A stretch of 64,000 nt of DNA from an uncultured delta proteobacterium (GCA_963845515.1 CAWJSR010000055.1:96001-160000), one strand, 5' to 3'. Counted from the stretch's first letter, positions 1 through 10,025 are shown. A program made the numbers and translations. The notes: a model not told the origin generated them from the sequence alone.

Positions 1-1178
1 GTCGTCGGGTCGAAGGCGTGGACACGGTTGCCCGTCGATCCGTCCCTCTCGGCGACCCAGAGCGTGCCGGTCGCTGCGTCGAGGGCGACGTCGGCCATGT
101 TGCGCAGGTCCCTGCCCTCCGCCTGGGTGATGGTCGCGGCTACGGTGCCGTCCAGGCGGAAGGCCAGTACCCGCCTCGCCTCGTAGACGGTAGCCCAAAG
201 GAGCTGCCGCTCCTCGTCCCACGCAAGGCCGGAGATCGTGCTCGAGGATTCCCACTTCATCGCGGAGAGCAGCCGCCCGTTGCCCGCGTCGACCTTGAGG
301 ATCCCCCGCCTACCCGTGGCGACGTAGATCGCATCGCCAGCGACGGCGACGGCCGTTGCACCGAGGGAGCTCAGCGAGCTCTTCAAGTCACCTCGCCTGG
401 TCAGGAGGTGCAGCGCGCCCGCGTTGTCCACCACGAAGAGATCGCCGGCAGTGTTGGCGGCAACGCGCCGCGGGTAGCTCATCGGCGCAGAGAGCCCCCC
501 CTGGAAGACGGAGAGCTCGACCTCGACCGACGCGGTCCTGGTGGACACGAGGCCGTCGACGTCGGTGACCGTCACGGTGATGGAGACCGGGTCGGACGGC
601 TGCGTGGACGGCGCTGCCCAGGTGGTGCTCGGCGAGGCGGGATCGGCGAACGTGCCGGCGGTAGCGGACCAGGCGTAGGTCAGGGGCCCGTTCCCGAAGG
701 CCAGCGACGTCACGTCGTTGACCGAGCCGATGATGACGGCGGTGGGCGTCGTGAAGATTCCGATGAGGGGCGCGACGGGCGCCGCAACGGTTACGCTGGC
801 GTTCGCGGCCGCGGCTGGCGACACGGCATCGAGGTACGCCTCACACGTCAGGGTCACCGTGCCTGCCGTCACCGGCGCGGTCCAGGCGAGAGTCGCGCTG
901 GCGTGCTGGGTGACCGCTGGGAGCAGGACCGTCTCCGTTGAAGCACCCCCCGGAAACGTGCCCGAGGTCGCGCTGAACACGAGTCTGTCGATGTTCGTAC
1001 CGGCGAAGCAGTAACCCATTGAAGGAACACAGTCGTATGTGCAGGTCACGTCGGACGCGGAACCAGTTACGACCGACGTTGGCGCCGCGATCACGTTGCC
1101 GAGCGCCAGCGCCGCACCCGGCGCCGCAAGGAGTACCGCTGCCGCGACCACCGCATACACGAGTGCCCTTGGACTCAT
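1..1178 (-). CDS. Secreted protein with Ig/PKD-like domains followed by NHL/beta-propeller repeats (runs off window edge)
   Basis: Not in ORF track. Manual translation from ATG 1178: signal peptide MSPRALVYAVVAAAVLLAAPGAALA, Ig-like segments (LTYAWSATAGTFADPASPSTTWAAP..ITVTVTD), then YPRRVAANTAGDLFVVD / ISGLAWDEERQLLWAT / DVALDAATGTLWVAE repeats; open to position 1. Confidence 0.75.
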   Translation of the reverse strand, partial: MSPRALVYAVVAAAVLLAAPGAALALGNVIAAPTSVVTGSASDVTCTYDCVPSMGYCFAGTNIDRLVFSATSGTFPGGASTETVLLPAVTQHASATLAWTAPVTAGTVTLTCEAYLDAVSPAAAANASVTVAAPVAPLIGIFTTPTAVIIGSVNDVTSLAFGNGPLTYAWSATAGTFADPASPSTTWAAPSTQPSDPVSITVTVTDVDGLVSTRTASVEVELSVFQGGLSAPMSYPRRVAANTAGDLFVVDNAGALHLLTRRGDLKSSLSSLGATAVAVAGDAIYVATGRRGILKVDAGNGRLLSAMKWESSSTISGLAWDEERQLLWATVYEARRVLAFRLDGTVAATITQAEGRDLRNMADVALDAATGTLWVAERDGSTGNRVHAFDPT

Positions 1179-1500
1179 GGCGCCTTTCCCTGCAAAGCCC
1201 GAACCGCCGGAATTCGCCCCGTTAGTCAGCCGTTTACACATTCCAAGTACCCCATCGTGCAAGGGGACGACGCACCGAGACAGGCTGAACCGAGGGGCGC
1301 GGCAGACTTCGACCGGGTGAAATACCCCACGCTTGCGAATGATACCCCACCCGGCGGAACCATTGAATGTATCCGCGTGTCGTACAGCCTCGAAACGGTT
1401 ACGGATTCCTCCTACCCTCCGCTGCGCTGGGCATTTGGACGCCAGCGTGCTCTTGGACCCGTCGGGCGCGCGATCGGTCACCGAAACGTTGAGCGGTCCC

Positions 1501-1893
1501 TCACCCGTTCAGCTCCGCCTCCACGACCCGAACCCTCGCCTTCAGCCGACGCCAGAAGACGACGCCATAGACGACGAACGCGAAGGCGATGACGTGCTTC
1601 ACGATCAGGGCGGGGACCTGTCCCTTGTCGGCGAAGTGGTTCCACTCGAACTGGACGTACCAGATCGTCCTCGGGATACCGCCGAGAACGATCCAGGCGA
1701 GCGCGACGCGCGCCATCTTCGCCATCGAGCGCTGGATCTCGAGGAAGTAGCGCGAGGCATCCGGCCCACGCGGACCCGCCTCGTAGCGCCGCAGCAGCAC
1801 CCAGAGCGCGAACGCGCTCGCGGCGAGGAGCGCCGTCGCCACGTCGTGGAAGTAGTTGTTCATCATCAGGGCGATGCCGGCGGTGGGCGACAT
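1501..1893 (-). CDS. Small integral membrane protein with His motifs (NNYFHD...KH)
   Basis: 130 aa from MSPTAGIAL, about three hydrophobic segments, clean GC3-rich frame. Confidence 0.7.
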   Translation of the reverse strand: MSPTAGIALMMNNYFHDVATALLAASAFALWVLLRRYEAGPRGPDASRYFLEIQRSMAKMARVALAWIVLGGIPRTIWYVQFEWNHFADKGQVPALIVKHVIAFAFVVYGVVFWRRLKARVRVVEAELNG

Positions 1894-2023
1894 GGGGGCT
1901 CGCTGTTCGGGTTCGTGGTGTGAGCCGCATCCTCTCGCCCCCGCCCGCCGCGGTCCAGCCTCTCCCGTTGACAGCCCGCGCACGCTCGCAGATCCTCCCG
2001 CCGTGGCTTCGCCCGATCAGCGC

Positions 2024-3742
2024 ATGGCGCGCGCCCGGCTGGCCCACGCTTGGCCCGCCCTCGCCGCCGCCGCGATCGGCCTCGCGTGGTTCCTCGTCCA
2101 TGTAGGCCCGGCCGTCCTGGATCCCGGCAACGTCGCCTGGCTCATGAACGGGGACTGGGCGGCCAACTACCTGGGCTGGGCCTTCTTCAGGCATGCCCCC
2201 CTCGGCCTGCCGCTCGGCGACAACCCGATCTACCCGGTGCCGGCCGGGAGCACGCTCGGCTTCACCGACTCGATCCCGATCGTGGGCGTGCTGCTGCGCC
2301 CCATCGCGTCGCTCCTGCCCGACGACTTCCAGTACGTCGGCCCGTGGCTCGCGCTCTGCTTCGGGCTCCAGGGGTTCATCGGGGCGAAGCTGGTCCGGCT
2401 CGCGACGCCGCACCCCGTGGCGCAGGCCGCCGGCGGCGCGCTCTTCGCCCTAGCCCCTCCCCTCCTCCACCGGGTGGTCGGCCCCAACACCGGTCACGCC
2501 AGCAACACCGCCCACTGGCTGGTGCTCGCGTTCCTCTGGCTCGCCCTGGCTCCGGCCGCCCGCGGCCCCTGGCGACGGCTCGGGGCCGCCGCGGCGCTGC
2601 TGCTCGTCGCCGCGGGGGTGCACCCGTACCACGTCGTGGTGGGGTCGGCGCTCTCCGCCGCGCTCGTGCTGCGGCTCTGGCTCGTCGACCGCCTCCTCGC
2701 CTGGCGACCCGCCGCCGCCGCACTCGCCGCCGTCCCCGCCGTGGCCGCGCTCGGGCTCGCGGCCTTCGGCTACTTCACCGACGGTGTCGAGACGGCGGCC
2801 GGAGGGTTCGGCTTCTTCTCCGCCGACGCGCTGGCCCTCCTGGCGCCGATGCAGTGGTCGCGCCTCTGGACCGGCCCTTCGCTCGGCCACGGCCAGTACG
2901 AGGGGTTCGGCTACCTCGGCGCCGGCCCCCTCCTCGCGGCGCTCGCCGCGCTCGGCTCGGCGGTGGTCCGGCGGCGCGAGCTCGCGACCTCCCGCTGGCG
3001 CTCCGCCCTCCCGGCGCTCGCGGCGGCGCTCGCCCTCGCCCTCCTCTCCCTCTCCAACCGGATCACCCTCGGGGGCAGGCTCGTCGCCGAGCTCGACGCC
3101 AGCGGCCCCCTGGCTCACCTCGCGGCCACCTTCCGCTCCTCCGGCCGGTTCGTCTGGACGCTCCACTACCTCGTGCTCTTCGCGGCGCTCGCGGCGCTCG
3201 CCGCGGCGTGGCGCGACCGGCCGCGGCTCGTCGCCGGCGCCTTCGCCGTGGCCCTCGCGCTCCAGGCAGCGGAGATCCGGCCGCCGGTCCCGGTCGACTT
3301 CGGCGCCGCGCGCTGGGCTCCACCGACCAGCGAGATCTGGAGCGCCGCGCGCGACACCTACCGGCACGTGGTCCTCTACCCTCCCTATCTCCTCGCCGGC
3401 GGGGCGCTCGTCGCCCCGGAGGCGTGCGGTGGGCCGGCCGTCGGGCCCGACGGTCACCTGCCGGCGGCTGCCGTCGCCCTCCTGCTCGGCGCCAGCTTCA
3501 ACAGCGCCTACGCCGCCCGGCTGGACCCGGTCGCGTCGGGGCGCGGCTGCCTGGAGCTTCGGCGGTCCGTCGAGCTGGGACGGCTGGCTCCGGAGACGAT
3601 CTACGTGCTCACGCCCCGCTACCGTTCGATCTTCGAGGCGGCGCGCGCGACGTGCGGCACCGTGGACGGGCTCCTCGCCTGCGTGGCTGGCGGCAGCCGG
3701 GATCCGTTCAGTACGGCGCTCCGGCGCTTCGGCGCCCCCTGA
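2024..3742 (+). CDS. DUF6311-like polytopic membrane protein (putative GT-C glycosyltransferase)
   Basis: GDWAANYLGWAFFR, FTDSIP, FQYVGPW, YEGFGYLG, FRSSGRFVW motifs; many TM helices. Confidence 0.65.
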   Translation: MARARLAHAWPALAAAAIGLAWFLVHVGPAVLDPGNVAWLMNGDWAANYLGWAFFRHAPLGLPLGDNPIYPVPAGSTLGFTDSIPIVGVLLRPIASLLPDDFQYVGPWLALCFGLQGFIGAKLVRLATPHPVAQAAGGALFALAPPLLHRVVGPNTGHASNTAHWLVLAFLWLALAPAARGPWRRLGAAAALLLVAAGVHPYHVVVGSALSAALVLRLWLVDRLLAWRPAAAALAAVPAVAALGLAAFGYFTDGVETAAGGFGFFSADALALLAPMQWSRLWTGPSLGHGQYEGFGYLGAGPLLAALAALGSAVVRRRELATSRWRSALPALAAALALALLSLSNRITLGGRLVAELDASGPLAHLAATFRSSGRFVWTLHYLVLFAALAALAAAWRDRPRLVAGAFAVALALQAAEIRPPVPVDFGAARWAPPTSEIWSAARDTYRHVVLYPPYLLAGGALVAPEACGGPAVGPDGHLPAAAVALLLGASFNSAYAARLDPVASGRGCLELRRSVELGRLAPETIYVLTPRYRSIFEAARATCGTVDGLLACVAGGSRDPFSTALRRFGAP

Positions 3743-5264
3743 TCGGCTCCGCACCGGGCGGCGTCCACCAGACCCGCAGGACGGTGCGCCCGCCGGCGCC
3801 GGCGACCTCCCAGCGAGGGAGCAGCGCGGGATTGCCCGACGCCCAGCGCTCCAGCGGGCCGCCCGCGAAGCCCACCCAGTAGGTCCCACCGGGAAGCGGC
3901 GGGCGGTCCCCCTCCTCGGCCGGGACCACCTCGATCGGCGTCCCGTGGCCGAGCCAGGCGATCGGCCAGTAGGTCCACCAGTCCTCGGCGATCACGCGCG
4001 CCCGGCCCTTCGCCGCCGCCTCGCTGGAGACGAGCCGGAACGCCTCGGCCTTCGGCTCGACGGGACCGGTGAAGAAGGTCGGGTGGGAGGTGGAGCCGCG
4101 CTCGTCGATGGCCGCCAGGTAGCGCGTTCCGAAGCCCACGAGCGCCAGGGCGGCGATCCCGCCGACGAGCGCGTCCGGGACCCAGCGACGCCCGGTCGAG
4201 GCAGCTAGCTCACCCAGCAGGATCGTCACCGCGACGATGGTCGGGACGACGAGGACCATCCCGTAGCGCTCCACGTGCGGCCGCAGCGCGTTGCTTCCGG
4301 CGAGGAGGAAGAAGGACGCGAGCGTCGCCAGCCAGCCGAGCACGATCCCGGCCTCCGGTCCCGCGGGACGCTTCGCGAGCCGCACCGCCCCCACGGCGAG
4401 GAGCGAGATCAGGAGCAGCCCCACGCCGAAGTCCACCGCCCGCCGCAGGCCGCCGAACCCCTCCCCCACGACGTACTGGTAGACGGTGTCGCCGCTCAGG
4501 AAGCGGACGAAGAGGAGCGCGAAGTTGCCCGGCTCCGATGGCTCCGTCGCCCGGTCGAGCGCGCCCCCGACGTAGGCCTGCCCCGTCCCACCCGAGGTGA
4601 CGACCGGGATCAGGGCGAGTGCCGCGACGAGGAGCAGGCCGTGCAGCCCGGTGCGAGGCGCCGCCCCGCGCCAGCCCCGCCGCGCCACCTCGGCGAAGAG
4701 AAAGGTGGAGAAGAGGAATGGTCCGAGGAAGACGTTGGTCGGCTGGACCGCCAGCGCCAGCGCGAGGAGGCCGGCGCTCGCCCAGGCCACCCCCGAGAGG
4801 GCGAAGTGGAGCGCGGCGATGGCCACGAGCCCCGAGTGGCTGGCGTCCCAGCCAAAGCGCGCGTAGGCGAGATCAATGGGGAGCACCGCAGTCAGCACGA
4901 GCGCGACGAGCGCGGCCGACCGCCCGAAGTGGCGGCGTACGACGAGCCAGGTGAGGACCAACTGAGCGAGTGAGGAGATGAGCGCGGGAAGCCTCAGCGC
5001 CGCGAGGGATCGCGGCGCGAAGGGTTGGAGCAGGAGGAGCAGCCCCGAGTGGATCGGCCCGAGCAGGTTGCCGCTCGGCGTTCGCCAGTCGACCTGCTCT
5101 CCGGCGAGGAGCCGGAGCACCTGGACCCCGTACCAGGCCTCGTCGCCGTTCACCCCCGGGATGCGGCCGAGCGCGTAGCAGCGGAAGGCGACCGACACCG
5201 CGACGAGCACGGCGGCGCCCGCGAGCACAGCCCTCTCCGCGCGGGTCGAGGTGGCATGGATCAC
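3708..5264 (-). CDS. GT-C fold membrane glycosyltransferase (PMT/ArnT-like)
   Basis: N-terminal TM followed by PGVNGDEAWY acidic loop, LRLPA motif, multiple TMs. Confidence 0.65.
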   Translation of the reverse strand: MIHATSTRAERAVLAGAAVLVAVSVAFRCYALGRIPGVNGDEAWYGVQVLRLLAGEQVDWRTPSGNLLGPIHSGLLLLLQPFAPRSLAALRLPALISSLAQLVLTWLVVRRHFGRSAALVALVLTAVLPIDLAYARFGWDASHSGLVAIAALHFALSGVAWASAGLLALALAVQPTNVFLGPFLFSTFLFAEVARRGWRGAAPRTGLHGLLLVAALALIPVVTSGGTGQAYVGGALDRATEPSEPGNFALLFVRFLSGDTVYQYVVGEGFGGLRRAVDFGVGLLLISLLAVGAVRLAKRPAGPEAGIVLGWLATLASFFLLAGSNALRPHVERYGMVLVVPTIVAVTILLGELAASTGRRWVPDALVGGIAALALVGFGTRYLAAIDERGSTSHPTFFTGPVEPKAEAFRLVSSEAAAKGRARVIAEDWWTYWPIAWLGHGTPIEVVPAEEGDRPPLPGGTYWVGFAGGPLERWASGNPALLPRWEVAGAGGRTVLRVWWTPPGAEPIRGRRSAGAPY

Positions 5265-5274
5265 GGGACCTCCG

Positions 5275-7113
5275 TCAGCGCCCCGTCGCGCCAGCGAGCT
5301 CCAGCTGGAGCCGGAGGACGAGCGGGTCTCCCGGCGCGGTCCGGGCGTAGTCGAGCAGGAGCGGCAGCGCGGCCGCGCCGCGCCCGGTCCGGGCCAGCGC
5401 CACCGCCGCGGTGAGCTTCCACGCGCTCATCCCGTGGCCGTGCCCCGCCCCCCTCGCCGCGCGCGCGGCGATGGCCAGGAGGTTCTCGTACCCGGCGCCG
5501 GCGGGGAGCTCGCGGGCCCTGACGAAGCGCTCCAGCGCCCCGGCTCGGCGCGCGAAGAGGATCGCGCGGGCGTCGGCGAAGATGACTGCCCAGTCCGGGT
5601 CGCGCAGGAGCGCCTCGCTCATCCGGACCAGCGTGCCGGAGGCCGGATCCGCTCCCGGGAGCAGGACCAGCTCGACGTCCGCGAGGGCCAGGAGCGCCCT
5701 GTAGACCGGCACCCCCGGCGCGAACGGAGCAGCGGCCTCCGGGTCGTCGACCGCAAGCCTGTACAGATCGAAGGCGCGGATCGAGAGCGCGCGCCCGTCG
5801 ATGAAGACCTTCACGTCGGGCGCGAGGGCGTTCACGAGGAAGCCGCCGTCGTTGTGGTCGTCGAAGAGGACGCCCTGGTAATGCGCCGCACGGATCGCGC
5901 GAACGGCCGGCTCCAGCGAGGCGTCGTAGGGAACGTCGGCGCCGAGGGCGGTGGTCGCGGCCCCGAGGTTCGCGAACCACCCGGCCACGGCCAGCACGGC
6001 GACGGCGGAGGCGACGGTCGCCGCGCGCCGGGCACGGGACACGAGCGGCTCGGCCAGCCGGAGCGCCCACGGGGCGATCCCGAGCGCGGCGACCTCGGCG
6101 GCCACGACCGCGAAGAAGGGGATGAACCGGATGGCCCGCACGCCCATCGCCGTCGCGACGAGCGCGATCGCCACCCGCTCCCACCGCACCTCGCGGGGCC
6201 GGAGGAGGTGGAGGATCAACCCCGCTCCACCCGCGATCCCGAGCCAGAAGAGCGCCGGCATGCGCCGCGCGATCCCTGCGACGGTGGCGTGGTCGAAGAT
6301 CGACTGCCACTCGACGATCTCGCGCCAGTACGGGGACGCAGACGACGCGCTCGTCCCGAAGGCCTGCCAGGCGGCCTCGAAGCCGCACGGGTTGAGGCCG
6401 CTCGCCAGGATCGCGGCGCCGACGAAGACGAAGGGGCGCGGCGCCTCGCGGAGGGAGCGGACGCGGGCGAGCGCGTAGACCCCGGCGACGCCCGCGCCGA
6501 CGACGAAGCCGGCGTGGAGGTTGGCCCAGACGACGAAGAGCACCGGGAGGGACCACTGCGCCCACCGCCGGCCCTCGAAGGCGCGGTCGAGCAGCCCGAG
6601 GAGGAGGACGAGCGCGAGGCTCGTGAAGATCTGCGGGCGGTCGGCGACGTAGGCGATCTCGACGACGATCACCTGCGCGGTCGCGCCGAGGAGCACGGCG
6701 GCGAGCGGCGCCGGGGCGCCGGCCGAGCGGAGGCGCCGCCAGGCGAGCGCGAACATGGCGCCGAGGACTGTGGCGCGCAGGAGGATGATCCCCTTCAGCC
6801 CGGCGAGCAGGTTCACCGCGTGGAAGAGGAGCTGCGCGAGCCAGAACTGCCTGAGCACGAAGTCGCGCCGGACGGTCCCCTCCCCGAAGTCGAGGCCGGG
6901 GCCGAAGGGATCGTGGTCGAGGAGCTGGCGGTGCTCCCACATCCACCTGCCCGACGCGAGGTGCCACCAGAAGTCCGGATCCACGACCGCCGTGGTGAGC
7001 GCCAGGCCGATGGCGGCGAGGAGCAGGAGCCCTGCGATCGCCGGGAGACGGGCGAGGCGGGGGTCGACCGGAGGAGTGGTGGGAGGAGCGTCGTTGCGGG
7101 CGGTCTCGACCAT
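5275..7113 (-). CDS. Polytopic membrane protein, putative GT-C glycosyltransferase with C-terminal TPR-like helices
   Basis: DPDFWWHLASGRW, RPQIF, WANLHAGF, LNP, EWQ, VFIDGR motifs. Confidence 0.65.
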   Translation of the reverse strand: MVETARNDAPPTTPPVDPRLARLPAIAGLLLLAAIGLALTTAVVDPDFWWHLASGRWMWEHRQLLDHDPFGPGLDFGEGTVRRDFVLRQFWLAQLLFHAVNLLAGLKGIILLRATVLGAMFALAWRRLRSAGAPAPLAAVLLGATAQVIVVEIAYVADRPQIFTSLALVLLLGLLDRAFEGRRWAQWSLPVLFVVWANLHAGFVVGAGVAGVYALARVRSLREAPRPFVFVGAAILASGLNPCGFEAAWQAFGTSASSASPYWREIVEWQSIFDHATVAGIARRMPALFWLGIAGGAGLILHLLRPREVRWERVAIALVATAMGVRAIRFIPFFAVVAAEVAALGIAPWALRLAEPLVSRARRAATVASAVAVLAVAGWFANLGAATTALGADVPYDASLEPAVRAIRAAHYQGVLFDDHNDGGFLVNALAPDVKVFIDGRALSIRAFDLYRLAVDDPEAAAPFAPGVPVYRALLALADVELVLLPGADPASGTLVRMSEALLRDPDWAVIFADARAILFARRAGALERFVRARELPAGAGYENLLAIAARAARGAGHGHGMSAWKLTAAVALARTGRGAAALPLLLDYARTAPGDPLVLRLQLELAGATGR

Positions 7114-7140
7114 CGGGGCGCACTGTAGCATCGGAGCCCC

Positions 7141-8187
7141 TCAAGGGACCTCGTACCACGACGCACGCGCTCGTCCGCGGAGCCGAAGCCGGCCCGAAGC
7201 CACCAGGTCGCGCAGGTGGGCCCGCAGGGTGTTGCGGTTGGCCTTCGTGAGTCGAACCGCGGCGGCGAGCGTGAACCGGCCGTGCTCCCGGGTCAGTCGG
7301 AGCAACTCCTCGTCGAGCGGCGGGAGCGCCGCGGCGACTCGCTCGCGATCGACCTTCCTCGCCAGCGCTTCCTTCTGTGCGACGAGGCAGCGAAGGAGAA
7401 AGGCCACCCACTCGCCGAGCTGGGACTCGTCGCCCTCCAGCGTCGCCTGCGCCCGGCGCAGCGTGCGGTAGTACTCGTCCTTGTTCTCCTCGACGACCCG
7501 CTCGAGCGAGGCGAACGGCACGTAGTCATAGCCAGCGCGCAGCAGGAGGAGCGTCGTGAGGATCCGCGCGAGCCTGCCGTTCCCGTCCTGGAACGGGTGG
7601 ACGGCCAGGAAGCGCACCACGAAGACGGCGATGACGAGCAGCGGGTGATGCTCCCGCGCGACGAGGGCCTCGCGCGTCCAGCCAACCAGCGCCTCCATGA
7701 GTCGAGGCGTGTCGAAAGGGCTCGCGGTCCGGAAGAGGACGCCGAGGCTGCGGCCATCAGCGTCGAAGGCCTCGACGTGGTTGGGGACGGACTTGTAGCC
7801 ACCGCGGTGGCGCTCGTCCTTCTCCGAGAACTTCAGCAGCACGCCGTGGAGCTGCTTCAGGTGGTTCTCCGTGAGCTCCAGCTCGGATGCAGCGGAGAAG
7901 ACCAGCTCCATCGCCGCCGCGTAGCCCGCCACCTCCTGCTCGTCGCGCGAGCGGAAGGACCGGACGTCCAGGCCAGCCAGGAGCCTGTCGACCTCGGCGT
8001 CGGAGAGGTGCGCCCCCTCGATCCGCGTCGATGATCCGACCGACTCGATGGTTGCGACCCGCCGCAGCGCCGAGAGCCGATCTGGCGCGAGCGTCCCCAG
8101 CGCCTGCCAGCGCCCCTTGAACTCATCGATCTCAGCGATGAGGCGAAGGATCTCCGGGGTGATCGTCAGTGAATTCAGGGGTTCCAT
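7141..8187 (-). CDS. Fic family protein with C-terminal winged HTH
   Basis: Fic motif HPFQDGNGRLAR; SSTRIEG inhibitory-type motif. Confidence 0.9.
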   Translation of the reverse strand: MEPLNSLTITPEILRLIAEIDEFKGRWQALGTLAPDRLSALRRVATIESVGSSTRIEGAHLSDAEVDRLLAGLDVRSFRSRDEQEVAGYAAAMELVFSAASELELTENHLKQLHGVLLKFSEKDERHRGGYKSVPNHVEAFDADGRSLGVLFRTASPFDTPRLMEALVGWTREALVAREHHPLLVIAVFVVRFLAVHPFQDGNGRLARILTTLLLLRAGYDYVPFASLERVVEENKDEYYRTLRRAQATLEGDESQLGEWVAFLLRCLVAQKEALARKVDRERVAAALPPLDEELLRLTREHGRFTLAAAVRLTKANRNTLRAHLRDLVASGRLRLRGRARASWYEVP

Positions 8188-9971
8188 CGGCCACATCCGA
8201 TTCCGTATCCGATAATATCCGATACAAGACGGGGAGGCCAAGGTCCGGGCTGCGAACTCGGTCGGGACTGGATCCCGGTGCTCGGCTGGGGCGCGGCGAG
8301 TCCCGCGGCCCTGAGTGCATTCGGGGCCGCGGGACTCGCCGGCACGCCGTCAGAGCTGAAGCGTGTAGGAATACTCTTGGTGTGGCGCGGTCGCGTCGAA
8401 GACGAAGTAGTAGGGGGTGACGGTGGTGTCCTGCGACCCGCCCGCCCACTGGTCCGTGACGAACATCCGCGGGGCGTTGGCGAGGCTCCGCACCATCGTA
8501 TTCTGCTGGACGTGGTGGGCATCGTCCCAGACGAGCCCCGCGGCAGGGTCTGGGCGTGGGTCGCGAAGGCGCGCCGCCGCGACGAGGAGCAGCCGCCAGT
8601 CGTTGCGCCGCCGCCGACCCTCGCGCAGGGACTTCCCGCTCCCGTCGCCTGCGCCCGCCTCGCCGCGTGCTCCACCGCGTACTGCTTGAACGCCCTGCCC
8701 TGCGGGTACTGGATCATCCACGACGTCACGTGGCTCATCGGGAAGCCGCGCCAGCCGACCTGCACGACGCGCTTGAGGATGCGCGGCAGGGTGAAGAGCC
8801 GCGCGCGCAGGTCGATGATCAGGTCCTCGCGCTCACGCGAGCTGAGCGTGGGGTGCTCGAAGACCGCGTGGTTGCCGTCGAAGTCATCCCAGTCGAGGCC
8901 GGTCTTTAGATACGGTCGGTACTGATCGTAGAGCTTCGTGCCAGGGAACGGGGTCGTCATCACGGGGTGGGCAGAGACCTTGAGCTCGTCGCAGAGCGCG
9001 AGCAGCCCGTCGTAGTCGGCGCGGACGTCCTGCCGCCCGCCGAGCATCGTGAAGAGCTGCACCTCGATGCCATGGTCGCGGATGCGCTTGAGCTGGTCCC
9101 TGCGGTGGCTCCCCTGCTTGCCCACCGCCCGATACTCCTCGAGCGTGGCGAGGTTGTTCGACTCCCAGCCCACCATGACCGCGGTGAGGCCGGCGCGCCG
9201 CGCGTTGTCGAGCAGCTCGTCGGCCTGCGCGTGATCGAGCGTTACGAGGTCGCCCGAGCCGAACCACCACTTGCCGCGGACGGTCTTCGCCATCTCGGCG
9301 TAGAGCTCGATGGAGCGCTTGACGTCGACGCCCCAGATGTTGTCGTCGATGCCCCAGAACAGCCGCCGCTTCGACGCGGCGACCTCGGTCACCACCTCGT
9401 CGATCGGGCGGACGCGCGTCTTGCCGCCGAAGAACTCGTGGACGGAGCAGAAAGTGCAGCGGTGTGGGCAGCCACGCGAGGTCTGGAAGTAGCCGTAGAC
9501 GTAGCTCGTGCTCCAGAGGTCGGTGACCGGATGCGGCAGGCCGACCAGCTCGGGAAAGTGGCCGTGATAGACCGGCTGGAGCGTCCCCTCCGCGAGGTCG
9601 GTGAGGAGCGTGGCCCAGACCGTCTCGGCCTCCGCGACCACGATGGCGTCGGCGTGCGCCTTGGCCTCCTCGGGCAGCGCGGTGACGTCGATCCCGCCGA
9701 GGATGACCTTGCTGCCGGCGGCGCGGAGCCTGTCGGCCATCCGGTAGACCCACGGTGCCTGCGGAGTCAGGACCGTGAAGCAGACCGCGTCGGCGGTCAC
9801 CTCCTCGGGGACGAGCGGCTCCTTGTTGGCGTCGAGGAGCGCGACCTCCACGCTCGGGTCCACCTGGCGCGTGAGGCCAGCGAGGTACTCCAGCACCGGG
9901 GGCGCGATGGGGAGCCCCTGGGACATCTGGCCCTTCTCGCCGAAGGGGGGGGAGACGAGGAGGAGGCGCAT
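8175..9971 (-). CDS. B12-binding domain / radical SAM protein (core ends ~8650; ORF reads through into degenerate sequence)
   Basis: N-terminal cobalamin-binding-like domain, QTSRGCPHRCTFC, TPFPGT; paralogous to 11935..13290. Confidence 0.85.
   Translation of the reverse strand: MRLLLVSPPFGEKGQMSQGLPIAPPVLEYLAGLTRQVDPSVEVALLDANKEPLVPEEVTADAVCFTVLTPQAPWVYRMADRLRAAGSKVILGGIDVTALPEEAKAHADAIVVAEAETVWATLLTDLAEGTLQPVYHGHFPELVGLPHPVTDLWSTSYVYGYFQTSRGCPHRCTFCSVHEFFGGKTRVRPIDEVVTEVAASKRRLFWGIDDNIWGVDVKRSIELYAEMAKTVRGKWWFGSGDLVTLDHAQADELLDNARRAGLTAVMVGWESNNLATLEEYRAVGKQGSHRRDQLKRIRDHGIEVQLFTMLGGRQDVRADYDGLLALCDELKVSAHPVMTTPFPGTKLYDQYRPYLKTGLDWDDFDGNHAVFEHPTLSSREREDLIIDLRARLFTLPRILKRVVQVGWRGFPMSHVTSWMIQYPQGRAFKQYAVEHAARRAQATGAGSPCARVGGGATTGGCSSSRRRAFATHAQTLPRGSSGTMPTTSSRIRWCGASPTPRGCSSRTSGRAGRRTPPSPPTTSSSTRPRHTKSIPTRFSSDGVPASPAAPNALRAAGLAAPQPSTGIQSRPSSQPGPWPPRLVSDIIGYGIGCGRWNP
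8405..8600 (-). pseudogene. N-terminal remnant of a TMTC-like GT-C glycosyltransferase
   Basis: Across two frames reads LLVAAA-AFATHAQTL-AAGLVWDDAHHVQQNTMVRSLANAPRMFVTDQW..PYY and then breaks off. Confidence 0.45.
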
Positions 9972-10025
9972 TGGGGGATCGAATCTAGCGCCCGCGCGGC
10001 GCGGCCGCTACGTCGCGCCGCCGGC

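Noticed and set aside
1179..1500. Cyclic-dinucleotide (GEMM) riboswitch or sigma54 promoter upstream of the beta-propeller gene
   Set aside because: No GEMM core was recognisable, and the TTGCA at ~1258 has CG rather than GG at the -24 position.
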